A DNA stretch of 64,000 nt from Octopus sinensis (Eukaryota): assembly GCF_006345805.1 (NCBI RefSeq), contig NW_021835991.1:434001-498000 (forward strand), in the 5' to 3' direction. The position numbers and the translations under genes are program-made. Shown piece after piece: positions 51,110 through 64,000 of this stretch. Position 1 is the first letter of the stretch. The number at the start of each line of letters is the position of its first letter. The notes beneath the pieces are model-generated. The model saw nothing but the letters and a program-made list of their open reading frames with translations. It ran no database searches and was not told the DNA's origin.

Positions 51110-52170
51110 CATGGATTATGAATGTACGGCTATTTTAGAAAAAATGAAAACCTGAGCTGACCAAGTATTAACAGATTTCTTACTGGCAAATCTAATGGAC
51201 CCAGCATGTTTTGAGAAGTCTCTTTCAACTGCAGAGATTGACCTCGCTTTGGAGTATTGTCTGAATATTATGAATATGCTCTCCCGAATCTGATTAATTT
51301 CAGAGCTGAGCCATTTAAGCAATACAATATTTTAATAAAAGTTGATGGTCATTAATCATTAGCCACTCACCACTCTGGACGTTGCCTATTCATAAGTACA
51401 ATTATTTCCATTAAGATGCTCAATTGCAAAATATGAAGATATTAAATTTATAAAGAATGAATAAAACTATTAACAAACTTATGATACTTTTATTGAAATG
51501 GATAAATTGAAAAACCATCGACTTTGTCAGATTCATTTTTACAAATTGTAAAAAGTGTCAACCTTTACTCATAGTAGTTCTTTAAAATGTTTTTTCAATA
51601 ATCGTTTTTCGGGCTCCGTAATTAGAAGTAAAATAATCATTGTTAATACACATATTGTCATATTTAGAATGTCATTATAATTCATCATTTTGTTAATATA
51701 AAATTTGTCAATTCTAAATCATCCAGCAAATATGATAAGTGAATATTGTGATCTCCATTATGTTGTTTATTAAATAAACATTCTTTCGCTTTTTTAATAA
51801 GCAAAAAATCTCCTTTTAAAGAAATCCATACTTGAATAACATTTGACAGTTTGTAGCATAATAAGAAACAGATTTGAGTCAGCTCCCTAATCTCGCAGCT
51901 ATTGGTTCTTGCGGGTACCCAATTTCTTTGAACAATTGTCTTCGATAATTGTTCTTTATAGCAAATGCTTGTAAAATTTCCACTATATTGTGGCAAGTAA
52001 ACTCTGAAGGAGGTGGATGCCCAATAAATTCGAATAAGTGATAAATGCTCTTTTTCTCAATTTATAGAGTGGAATGTTTTCTGATACAAATGCTTCCGTT
52101 ACGTCTGACGCAAAATTTCAGAAAAATAATTTTTCAGAACAATAGTCAATTGTCTTGTATTTGTGGATAT
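51110..52170 (-). mobile_element. CGGBP1-related hAT-like remnant (third copy)
   Basis: Near-identical to 42050-43110. Confidence 0.55.
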
Positions 52171-53418
52171 TAAATTGTTGCTGATTTAGTTTAAAAAGAT
52201 ATCAACTTGATCTATTTTATCTTAGAAAGTTAAAGTTCAACCTAACTTTATGCAAAAAAAATTTCAGTCAATTCGTTTTAAACTGGATCAACTTCAGCTG
52301 ACCTCTTTAACTGTCACACAGCTGAGACTGACTCAAAGCTCTCCAAATTCAAGGGACAAGATTGCTCCTGAACGACAAATATTTATGTATTGGTATTAGT
52401 TTACGCATAGGTATGGATATCTACCAGCCCCACACCTGCAGGTAGGGGAGCACAATTTTTTCGAACGGTTTGCATACCCTATCTTATAGAAAGAGTGCTG
52501 GTGAGTATTCCTCGCCACACACAAGTGAATAAGGTCGTTAAATGAGCTGATGCCCAGGTCGAGTAAAAGAAAAGGATAAAGTAAAAAAGACAATTCTGAA
52601 ACTTTCGAGTTCGACCCCTTGCTTCCGAAACTTTTGGAATAGTCGACAAGATGATGACTCAGCTGCTATCGTTTGGAGGATCGAAGATTTTGTCGAAAAC
52701 AAATGACCGGAGAGAGACGAACTAGCTTTTCCAGCAAGTCTCGGTGTGCTCGCCGAAAATACCATTCCATACGCACTGCGGAGTCAAATAGCTTAGTCTT
52801 CGGGCCCGAAAGACTTTAAAGTGCAGTTGGTTGATTTACTTTCAATTTTTTTAAAGCTTTATTTTTCGCTACTAAAAAATCCTAAGTTACTAATCTACTA
52901 AATCAATTTAAACAATTTTTAGATAAAGAAACTTTATCGCTTTAAAATGTAAATACTGAGTTGAAAAAGTAGTAATCAATTGTCAACAACCGGCAGTCAG
53001 TATTGCAGTCGTGATAACTGCAATTTCATTAGTATACCAATTAGTATGCATGGATTGGAACAAAAATAAAAATGCACAAGAGCACACGAAAAAAATATGC
53101 CGTAGGACAGCCCGACTGGAACCGACCTCACCCGATAGCGATCCAAAGTGCAATGGATGACTAAAGGATGGAATGCCTGCCTAAGTGATAACAGGCATCC
53201 ACGACCAGGTAAGTGGATTTTTGAAATGGCACTCTCTAAATGTATTTAAAAAATCATTTAAATTATGTTCAATATTTCCACCGGATGAATTATTTTTATT
53301 CAATTAGAAAATTAATTTTGAAATAAGTTCTTTTTTAAATTTTAGAAAAAAACCATTACAAATTTATTTAATACTTTATTATTTTTATGTTACATAAATA
53401 TCAAATACGAAACAAACA

Positions 53419-54647
53419 AGTGGACAACTATCTATCCCCGAGTCATAGTGGATTTAGGACAGGAAGATCCACCGCCGATGCTGTCTGGGCCCACAAGTGG
53501 TACTGCGCTATCACCCAGAGATACAAAAGTGCAACAACAGTCCTGGGAATAGACCTGTCTAGGGCCTTTGACACGGTACGCCGTGGTCTACTCCTCAAAA
53601 TACTGGAACAATTCCTGGACCCTGACTCTGTCAATATGATAAGAGTACTACTATCGAACACAAAGCTCAAGGTGCGGGTCGGCACGGCGTTTTCCCGTGA
53701 ATTCACGTGCAACGTCGGTACCCCTCAGGGAGACGCCCTCTCGCCGTTGCTATTCGTGATCTATCTGGAGACGGCACTACGAGACCTTCGAAAATTCTAT
53801 GCTGGCAATATCGTCGAAATTGTATATGCAGATGACGTCGACTTCGTGTCAGACGACAAATCGGCCTTACTTCGACTCCTTGAAGTGGCACCTGCTGAGC
53901 TGAACAGATGGTTCCTTAAAATGAACGTTGGAAAAACCGACATCGTTGAAATCATGAGGATGGAGAGCAGCTCAAGTGAAGCCTGGCGCAAAACGAACAA
54001 ACTTGGTTCTCTACTTGGGGACGGCCATGATATTGTCAGAAGAAAGGCTCTCGCTTGGGCCACGATGAACAAGATAAAGAAAGAGTGGATCGGCAAACGA
54101 CGACTCTGTACGTCACTTCGTCTGAGGATGTATGAAGCCTTTGTCAAACCAATCCTGACATATAATTCGGCGACCTGGGGAATGTCTAGTACTGAACAAC
54201 GTGGACTCGATTCTTTTCACCGCAGGCAACTTAGATCCCTACTGGGATTGAACTGGCCTATAAGAATCAACCAGGAATCGCTATACAATAGATGCAGAAC
54301 TGGCCCTCTGAGTGTGGAAATCGTCAATATGCGGTGGAGGTTATTTGGCCATATTCTACGAATGGACATGCTTGCCCCAGCTAACATAGCAATGGAGGGC
54401 TACTTCCTGAAAGAGGGATCGAGCTTCCGTGGACGTCCACGTGTTACGCTGCCGGAAACACTTGACGGAGACCTGAAATGTGTGAAGAAAAGGCTAAGGA
54501 GTGGTGAGGATCTGGACGAGCTGAGGAAACTCGCTCACGACAGAGGAGGTTGGAGGAGGCTGGTTCAAAGGATTGTTTTTAATGCTGCACGAGTAAAATT
54601 ATAACTAATATGATTCTACGTATGTTGCAAATAATAATAATAATAAT
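53419..54647 (+). mobile_element. 5'-truncated RTE-clade LINE, duplicate
   Basis: Same ORF translation as 44364-45589; same TSD; (AAT)6 tail. Confidence 0.95.
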
Positions 54648-54729
54648 AAACAAACAGTTGATGATATAGAATACAGCTGACCGTTAATGCTACTTTAAAA
54701 AAACAAAAAGTTTTTTTAGAATGGATATA

Positions 54730-55935
54730 CACTCAACCCTCTCAAATTGGCCATTTTTGGTTCCTTCAATATTGTTGGCCAATTTGAGAAATGGCCAATT
54801 AGCAAATAAAACTAGTGTCTGTGATGGAGACTCGCTAGAGAGAATACTAAATAACTCACTTGATAGGTTTGGATAAATTATTCTATATGTATATTTAAAT
54901 ATTTCGAATTATTAGAGATCTTTATAGCTGTGATAACCTTCGTTACGTGAATGTAGATGCTTTTGCACGTCTAGTCGCATTAACACATCAGTACAAATCT
55001 TATTCTAACATTAAAGTTACATGCAATCAAATACCATTTTTATTCGCCAAAAATCAGTCGTCGCCTCAACCTTAAATATTTTAAATTACTGACTGTGTAG
55101 TTTTTTAAAGACCAGAAAATGTGCATGTTCACAAATGGGTCCTAACCCACAATGTATACTTTTTATTCTCATATAAGAATTACAACAGTGACGAAAAAAC
55201 TAAATATCTTATTAGCCGACAACAGTGTGAAAATAAAAGTATCTCAAATGCAACCTCTGTGACCACCCTATCCCAAATAATATAATCTGCACAAGTGAAT
55301 GTAACTGAAAAAATATTTTGACGGTACTCAATAACTAACCTAATTATTCTGATATTTCTTGTTTCCACTTTTCTTTATTATTACATTCACTAGTCAGAAT
55401 TAAATCCAAACTTGCACAATTTTTTATTGATTTAATTAAAAGAAAAACCAAATTTTAACAAAAACCAGTCCCAAAATTAGTTACAGATATGTATTTTGAT
55501 GTCTGGGTCAAATGAAGAATAGTAAATCTCTTTATAAGGATTATTCACCAGTTTAAAATCATCCATAATAAAAATAGACTTGATTAATGACATTCTGATT
55601 GTTTGTAACAACCTTCACAGTAACCTCACACAACTTGAAAATTGCTTCTTCAAAATGGATACGCTAAATTTTGAGGATTGCGATCAAACCGAATAACTTT
55701 CTTCTTTTTACGGAATAATTCCAGAATCAGAAAGTTTTCTAGAATGTATTATCAATAATTTAACTTGTCTGCGAAAATTAATAAAATTAAATTTATTAAA
55801 AAATTTTGAAAAATAAAAATTATGCTACTAAAAAAATTAAAATTTGTGGCCAATTTGAAAATTTATTATTTTGTAGAGTTTTTCAATTTTCCAGAAATAA
55901 ATTGTCAAAAATGGCCAATTTGAGAGGGTTGAGTG
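54730..55935. mobile_element. Non-autonomous Tc1/mariner (pogo-like) element, third copy
   Basis: Same TIRs and TA flanks. Confidence 0.85.
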
Positions 55936-57283
55936 TAACTTTATTATTAATGCGTCCACTTTCAGTTGATTTTCCTCTTCCTTGAACCACAACCGATCTC
56001 TTTAAAGGTCCCATTCATTTATCTCACAGGGTTTGGTTCTTCTGTGGTCATTCTCAAGTTTGACTCGATGGCCTCACATGGAAATGCTTTCTCCGTTGAT
56101 TCATTTGTAAACCGAGACTTTTTCCATTCTTTTAAATTAATGCTCTACACGCATAGTCTACAAAGTTTTTCATAAATGAATGCAAGCTTGTGTGGGTCCT
56201 TCGAGATTGATTGAATAGCAGTGATGTTCATAGAATTTTCACACAACACCGTTTCATATTTGTACCAATAATACGTAGTTGCCTTGGCATTGTAGATTAC
56301 TCTCAGTTCATTAGCAAGCATGTCGAATTTATAAGCTTTTCTGACAAGATTTTCATTAAAATGATTTTCTTAACCTTCACTCAATCATATCATATCTTCA
56401 CCCTAATTCCTGCCATATCCTAACCTCAACCACTTACTAATCCAAACCATATACTAGTCCTAACCACTTCCAAACTTTACCCCTAATTTTAACCGTAATT
56501 CTATCTATTAAGCTGTATTAAAATATCAGAGATTTAACCTCATTTTGTAGTTTATTTAACCATACAAATCAGTGTAAACATATACATATTTTGTAATTAT
56601 TAAAAAAGTAAACACAACATGATAAGAAAATTAAAAAAAAGAATTGTTAGCCCGAAATTATTTTACGAGCCTATGTTTAGTTCAGGTGTAATCAGGTCTT
56701 GACAGTTGAAATTTATGGCTATTATATATAAATAATGTTTGGGATAATCGAAAAATTTTATTTGCACGTTAACAAGGTCAAAAAATGTAACAAGCTGCCC
56801 ATGTCACATGAACACTTGTTTGCGGCTAGATAAATTCGAGTTTATAATTAACATTTTATCAAATAATCGTGTCAAATAAAGCAAGCATTCTTATTTATTA
56901 GTTACGCAGGTAAATTAGAGTTTCAAAGTACAATGTAACCGGTTGCCTATCCGTATTCGTCTGCCCATATTATTAAATAAATTCTTGAAATAACTCAAAG
57001 CAGTAAAACATTGAGGGCAGTTTGGTTAAATTAGCTTTTTTATATCAAGAGAACTGAGTAAGGAATTCTGTAGTATTGCAAATCGAATTTATACTTAGAA
57101 TATATTCTTTTTTATTTTTATTCTTCTCAGCATTCTTTGACGAACTATAACATTTAGTAATTTTTGAGAATGTTAATGATGAGATGTCATTTTTTTGACA
57201 ATGATTTAACAATATTAATCACTTGACATTTGTTAAAATCGGGAATTAATTGGCGAAAATTTGATTTTTCAGATTATCTAGGG

Positions 57284-57720
57284 CAGGGGTCGGAAAATTC
57301 TTTTGGAGAAGTGCCAATTTTGAACATTTTTGGAAATTTCGAAAAATTGAAGAGTTTTTTTACCACTTGTCAAAATAAAAAAATTCAAATTCATAAAATT
57401 AATTAGACATTCATTTAAAAAAATATAATTAGTTAGACTCATTTATGTGAAATGTGATTCCTTATTTCTTTGATGAGTTATTAATAAAGAAAAAATTAAC
57501 AAAAAAATTAAAAATGAAAGAGCCATTTTTAACCGAAGCTTGAGATACATGCTATTTCGTATGAGCAAAATTTACGACTAAATATGTAAACTTTTAAATA
57601 ATTTTACAAAAATCATATATAAAAACAAATAAATAGTTATAAAAATAATAAAATTGAAAGAGCCTACTTAAGACTTAAAGAGCCAACAAAAGCTTGCGAG
57701 CCCACTTTTGCCGACCCCTG
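57284..57720. mobile_element. hAT MITE, duplicate
   Basis: TIR CAGGGGTCGG.AAA / TTTTGCCGACCCCTG; TSD ATCTAGGG at 57276-57283 and 57721-57728. Confidence 0.9.
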
Positions 57721-57788
57721 ATCTAGGGGATTTAATATTTTGTTTTGGTTGGATTAACGAGACAAGCGAATGTTAATAAAAGTTAATA

Positions 57789-60700
57789 TTAGTCGGCCAA
57801 TTGGCAAAATAGAGCTGCCCCTCGCTGTATCCAGTGACTGTCCTTTTGGTCAGTGGGAAGGTTGACTGCCACAATAAAGTTAGTAGAATGACCTATCGTT
57901 CTAGAATAAATATAAACCAGTAGTTGAGAGGACTCCTGACCTCTGCGTGGTTTTATAGAGAGGGGCTATGTAATCGTGGCTTGGAGGAGTGAAATTCTGT
58001 GTGGGTAAGACGTGGATGACAGGCATAATGGAGGACATTTCCCTGTAGTTCATCTCGTCCATTTGACCCTGGTCACTCCATCGGAAGCCTTGGGTGTAAA
58101 GTCCGTGAATGAGAGCGCCGTCTTCAATGTCTTGAATCTATGGAGTAGTGACTAAGACTAACTTGAGTATCGACTGACAATGGTTGGCCAAATTTGCGAG
58201 TCCTGATCTCTTCTGCGAGGTTTGATTGGTGGATGTATTGGGGAAGAGGTTGGAAACTAAAGGAAAGAGTGTCAATGGGGAGTTGATATTTGCGGGAATA
58301 GTTCTGTAACACGGCAGTGAGGAAGCCTGATAGAGTGAGTTGTGTCAACCTTGGGGGAAGAACAAGGCAGGTATCCAAAAAGATTTAGGAGTGCCATTTT
58401 TAATCCAAAAATTGAAGAATTCACATCGCATTGTAAGATCGAGAATCCAGGAGGAGAGAGAGTGAAGGGAAGGGTAAGCGACCCTCTCCCATATTGAGGG
58501 GACCTGTTTCATGAAGAACTGATAATTGCCTGATTTTTCAATAAAGAATTGTAGCACATTTCCAAGTCTTCAGTGAGGACTTGGAATCCTTGGATTGCTC
58601 TCTGCAAGTGATTGAGGGACTTCTGCAAATGATGAGATGATCAGACCTGAATAGTTTCCAGCAGATAGGTCATTTTTTCTATTTCTTGTGATAAGAAAAT
58701 GGCGAGGGAATTGCTCTTGGTCTATTGGATGAGTGGATTGGTCAACCAATGTGTATTTTGCTAGTTTTAGGGGCAATTGTTGTTGAATTGAGTTGATTAA
58801 TTCCTTTACGATCTCGTCACTAGTTTGCCCAGTTCCTTTGACCGCGATGTGTGGTTTAATGTTCCTGATGGTCTCTAGCAAGTCAGAGGATTGTGACAAC
58901 TATCGACTGAGAGTGAAAACATACTTGGAATGATATATTTGCATTTTCGTGCATCCCGAATATATTAGGTGAATCTTGCAAAGGCAGTCCGTCTAGAAAA
59001 TGTTTGTTCTCTTAAAAATCAGTGATCTCTCTCCCCCCATAAGTAATCTAGTGATGAATACACGTGACTACCTCTCTGTTTATGTAATTGAGGGAGTGCC
59101 AGGGAATAGTCCCGCCACTGCATAAGAACGTAGCGTTAAGAAGAGAACATTCGCGGTCAGAATCGGTGAACTCGTACTATTTGTAAAGTAACAATAATCT
59201 TACCATTATATTCCATCCCAGTGGCCCGTATTTCTTCCGCTCTAATACGACCGCGTGAAACAGACTCAGACTATAGACCAGTTTTCTCCACGTAAGCTCT
59301 CCAATACCTCCTTCTTTCTCCTCGAAATATTCCTCGCCTAATTCCCGGAATGACCTCTCCACGTTTGCCCGAATTCCCTTTGGAGCCTCATTCGTCACTT
59401 TGACACAATTCTGGAGGACTGTCACGGGGAAAAATGAGGCTGGCATGGAGGAAAGGAATAGTCGGAACGAGTCATTTACACCTTCGGGGTTTTCTTGAAT
59501 ATTCAGGACAATCTGCTCCAGGCGGGCCATCCACGATTTTGCCAAATGACAATTTTGCAGAAAAACCCAACTCCCATCCTTCAAGGCTGTTTCGATATAC
59601 TTTTCTGCCACAGGTCCCTGTCCTTGTCCCAAAGACAAAAAGAGACACCTACCATTTTAATGAGGAGGTGGAGACCTGTCCTGCATTTCATGTTCAACGC
59701 TCAGCTTTTGAATGGCCCCGAATGGGTCTGAGCCAGTGCTGAGTACCAAGAGGAGAGGAGTCGTTTTGGAGGTGTGTTGATAAACCGAGGACATGTCGAG
59801 TGGCCTGGTTTGGATGTACTCGTGTCCCAAGTTGTCTCTGATTAAGTTGGAAATCGCGTGAGTCAGCTAAATCAGTCGGCTGAAAATAGATTACTTGATC
59901 ACGTCGGCAGACTTTTACGAGCAGGATTTTTTGGAAAGGTGTAACGGACTCCACATGGAATTCATCAAGTTGATTGTCTGTCAAGAATATCTGCCATCGA
60001 GAATAAAATAGACCTTTGAGTCCCCACTGGTCACATATGCACGTGTTTGTGCAAAGCAATTGGCGAGATCCTCGGAAATGATCGACTCAATGTCTCCTCG
60101 AATGAACAAATCGAGTTCGTGGGATGTGAGGTCATTGCGGGCAAGCATTATTTCGACGCATAACAGAAAAGAAAAAACAAGTTTATGTTTCTCAAACAGT
60201 CCCCTGACTTTAAGGACTAAGGAATACCGAGAAACGTGCAAATAGGCGTCGATGGATATTGCTTGGACAAGACAGTCCAGTCTGGTGTCCCCCGACTCGA
60301 CACAGTCCAGAATGGATTGGGAGAAAATCTATTTGTGGTTAATGAAAGCATTTGAAGCCTGTTTGAAGTATTGGAGGGAGAACTGGTACATTGGGTCTAC
60401 TTTGGCCATGTCCGCGATGACAAAATACAGAATTGCGCCTCGCTCAGCAACACTTATGTAAACGTCCCGTGCCCGAGTAATCTCTTTTTCGGTTATTTCC
60501 GTCTGGGCAAGACGAGAGGAGATTTGGCTGAATTTGGCCTGAGTAAGAAAATTGAACAACTTTGGATTCGTTGAGAGCAGTGATGAGTTGAGTATTATCG
60601 AGGACATTTCCTTCTGAGTCGTACAAAAGGACGAGGACTCGGTCGATGATTGCCTTAAGTTGATTTCTGTCATTGTTTATTTGAAGGATCAATTCATTCC

Positions 60701-63700
60701 GGTCTTGTTCTAGTTTTGGCTTCTCAAGTTGGACGACATGACTATCATTTATCATTGTTCTCTTGCCTCAGCAGTTGATCTTGGAGTCCCCCCAGTGTGA
60801 CTGTAAAATTGATTACTGTCACTCGTGTGAATATGTTGGGCTGGTAAACGGGATTGTTCAATTTTGTGGTCATGTAAAGTCGGAAATGAGGGTCGTATTC
60901 CACATCTCGGTCCCCCAGTGTGATCACCCCGTCCTATCAATTAAATTTATCGCTCACTCTCTTCTCGAGGACTGAGTAAAGAAGAGGGTCCACTGACTCT
61001 CCCACATCCTCGATCAACAAAGGCACCCCAATTCGAATTGCGTTCTCTAATGTCCTCGCAAAATGCTTGTCCGTCATTTTAATAACTTTAAGGTCATTGG
61101 CAGCCTCCATGCTTCTTATCCACGTGTTGGCCTGTTCTTAAAACAAAGAAGGAGACCTGTCCTTGTGGGTCAATCATGAGTGGCCATCGTTTCCCTTTGG
61201 TGGCGAGGAGTGCGTTCTGAATGGAGACTTGATTGTTGGGAAGTTTGTTGGACGTCCAGTGGCGCACTTGATAGGGTGAGGCAAATATTTGTATTATGTC
61301 ATAGTCCTCTGATATTGGTATTCCCTCTCTACGCGCATACTTGACCCATTTCAATATTAGTCTTTCTCGGTAACCAACACTGAATGCACCCACATACGTC
61401 ACCCAAGCAGAACACACCATTACATCCCAACGAGGTCCTCAATCTTTTTTTCCAGTGTCTAAAATTTGACGTTCTCTACCAAACTTTTATTTCGGCCTCC
61501 CAGATTTCTTTCTCGTCGCCCAGAGCCTCCATTAGCTTAGAAGCGCGTCTCAGTCGACCGGTCGTGGTTGAAATCTGTTTTTCCAAATTTCTCTTTTCAA
61601 GGACACTGGCCTCATAGGCATTTTGTAATTCGCTGATTTGTTGTTGGACGTTGCTGAGTTGGGTCTGCTTGGTGTGGAGAACCGTCATGACTTGCTTCAA
61701 GTCTTTTTCGGCCACAGCAAGTCTTGTGTGTTTCAACTAATGTACCTTTCCTTTTTGGGCCGGACAGTTTTGTTTACTTGGGCAAACAAATAAATAGCCC
61801 TAACCCACATGCATAAAGATTTACAGGCCTAAACCATAAAAAGTGACTTTACTTTGACACTTTTTCAATCACTTGAGGAGTAAAGTTCTCATTCTCGATG
61901 TATTTCTTGAGTTTCCGAAGCACTGAATCGTTTATGTTCTCTTTATCGTAGTCGTATAGTTTTCTGATCAAGTTAGTGTCCGACAGCAGTTGCTTTGCGG
62001 ACGCCCAGTCGGTTCTAAATCAAAGATTCGAAAAGACTTTAAGTGAAAGAGGACACACACAGCTTCCATGACAGTCTGCACTAATTCGGGTGGGGTTTTG
62101 AATACTCTGATTTCTGCAATGTCACTTTTATCGAGTGCGTCGAGGGACTATTTCTCATCATAACAAATTACTTTAATGGCAGCCTCCAGTTCAGGCAGAG
62201 CCTCCTTCAGGTCACGCTGAGCATCCTCCGCAATGGCCTTGGTTTCTTCCGCCTTTACTTTCACCACAGCCTCGTCCTCTAGCACCAGTTTCCGTGTCTA
62301 AGCGTTACTTTCAGATCCTCACAATATCTGCTTTGTCCTGGTCTTCCGACAACTTTTCCATTAACTTTTCAGTTTCCTTTGACTTTTCTTTAAGCACAGG
62401 CTCCAGTTGATGGAGTTGTTTTTCCATTGAAATGACGATTTGGTTAGTTTCTATCAGTTTGGCCAACCCGTTTTTAATCTTTTGATGTTCCCGAGAGAGG
62501 TCCCTTGAAATAATAAAATGCAATTACTCTTTGGTCGTGCTAAGCATAGATGTAAACAAGTTGAGTAATTCGATATAACTGACTGGATTGAGGCAATAAT
62601 GTCTTCCCATTTCTTCCTCAAATTTGACTGACATTTTGTGGACACTGCGATGCACTCGAATGCAGCAATCACACAATTTTCCCTAGACTGTGCTTATTAA
62701 CACAACCATTAAATTTTCGTCTTTCAATTCTATTTTACTGATAAATGAGTGAGCCACTGAGTGCAGTCCCTCATCTTTCCATTCTTCAAACCAGTCAATA
62801 ATGCAGCAGTTCACCAAAGATGGAAACATCCTGTAAACAGTCCGAAATTCAGACGCACTCAGTGTAATGACAACGTGCAGATTCCGCCTGAGTAGTGACT
62901 ATCACATTACTACCGCACACGATCGATGAACGACTCATAGACCGCCTCACGACTGTCAGTCAATCCCTCAGATTGACAGCTCATTATAATTTGTTCCACA
63001 TCCTCGTCCTCAAATAAGTCGGGCACATGGCCGGAATTCAGAATGTCGTTTATTTCTTGAAGAAAGTCTTTAATTTGATTATCTGCGAGCAGAAAGACGA
63101 CATTCCGGTCATCAATTCCCGCTATTTTGTAAAGTTTTTTGACGTCTTCTCTAAAGGCGTTGGAGTCGTATTTGGGGGTGACTTTGATCTCAAAGCACTC
63201 ATATTCGTAAATTTGTGCGGCCAGTCTGAAATGACTAATCAGTTTGACCTGGTGAAACATTTCTTGCCCGTTCCCCCAACTCCCACGAGGAGTCCATTCC
63301 CCCGTTCTTGGCGAATTATGCGGGCGATTCGTGAAACATGCTGAATGGCGTCTTCAAACAAGATCAAGTCACTTTGATACTGACAGTAGAGAGAACTCTC
63401 GTTAACCTCAGTGAGCATTCTTCTCAGCTTGTTTTTGTCCATTTCCTCGTACTTTCCCCTGTTCATCAAATCACCGTAAATTGGAGGGTTGGTCATGAAA
63501 GACTACAAATGACTGAGCCAAACACTTCGTAAGTGGAAGAGGTCTGTCGCAAAATAGTTTGAAACAAATTTTGGTCAGTTTGATCGATGAGGCGGTCTTG
63601 AAATGCCCTGGTGATTTCATGATAGAAAAGTTTGTAAAGTGATTGGTCGTCGAAGATGGTCTTGACTTGCATGATTCCTGAAACACGTGCACACTCTTAC

Positions 63701-64000
63701 CTTGGAAACATCTTGCCAAGTCTCTCAGATTGAACGAGTAGTGACACTTGGAGGGGGTCGGGAGCAATTCGTTCTGCATTCTCTGGTAAATTTCGACGGA
63801 GGCCAAAATCACCGAGTCGACTGCCAGTCTGACTTGGTGGGGAAATTCCATAACTTGCAAAATGTTCTGAAGTATACTCATCCAGACCACCTGGAAAATA
63901 TGTTTGAGGTTGTGATCTGAGGGAGGGGGGACATTAAGGATGGAAAAATGCCGAGTGAAGCGATTGGTCATGCACCCTTGAGGTCCACAGGCGGCCATCA
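57789..64000 (-). CDS. DNAH6: Axonemal inner-arm dynein heavy chain (DNAH6-like), 3' part from AAA3 to the C-terminus; disrupted at ~59010-59030
   Basis: [82 protein letters not shown]; about 32 introns of 22-30 nt. In-frame TAA at 59012-59014 and apparent 1-nt shortfalls near 61427 and 61853. Orthology assigned from recalled DNAH6 motifs. Confidence 0.9.

Larger units (their letters stand above)
50099..59053. repeat. Tandem duplication (~9 kb), unit 2
   Basis: Colinear with 41043-50100; continues into the dynein gene body. Confidence 0.95.

Noticed and set aside
57789-64000. Reassigned stop codons (ciliate-type code)
   Set aside because: In-frame stops fall inside removable 22-30 nt introns, and genes end normally in TAA or TGA.

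Overview
AT-rich eukaryotic genomic DNA with tiny spliceosomal introns (mostly 22-30 nt) and the standard genetic code, so the six-frame ORF track fragments or misses the real genes. Manual splicing gives: two RING-H2 genes, a roughly 1,000-aa coiled-coil gene and a hidden chromo-shadow-domain-only (HP1-family) gene, all present twice in a segmental duplication (copy A 1522-19038, copy B 27661-47913). It also gives the 3' 6.2 kb of a DNAH6-like axonemal dynein heavy chain (57789-64000, minus strand). Copies A and B are separated by two tail-to-tail Helitrons; one carries a ~6.1-kb array of a ~95-bp repeat and a Pif1 helicase remnant. A second tandem duplication of ~9 kb (41043-50100 / 50099-59053) copied the dynein 3' exons. 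The copy attached to the gene has a 93-bp net deletion with a stop; the detached copy, downstream in transcription direction, starts at an intact splice acceptor and retains that exon. The rest is hAT, Tc1/mariner-pogo, RTE and I/Jockey-group elements, several with target-site duplications and empty sites in the paralogous copy. Tiny introns together with axonemal dynein and the standard code would fit a dicyemid-like organism, but that is inference. All alignments were by eye. Boundaries of degenerate elements are approximate, and scattered 1-nt homopolymer indels suggest imperfect consensus accuracy.
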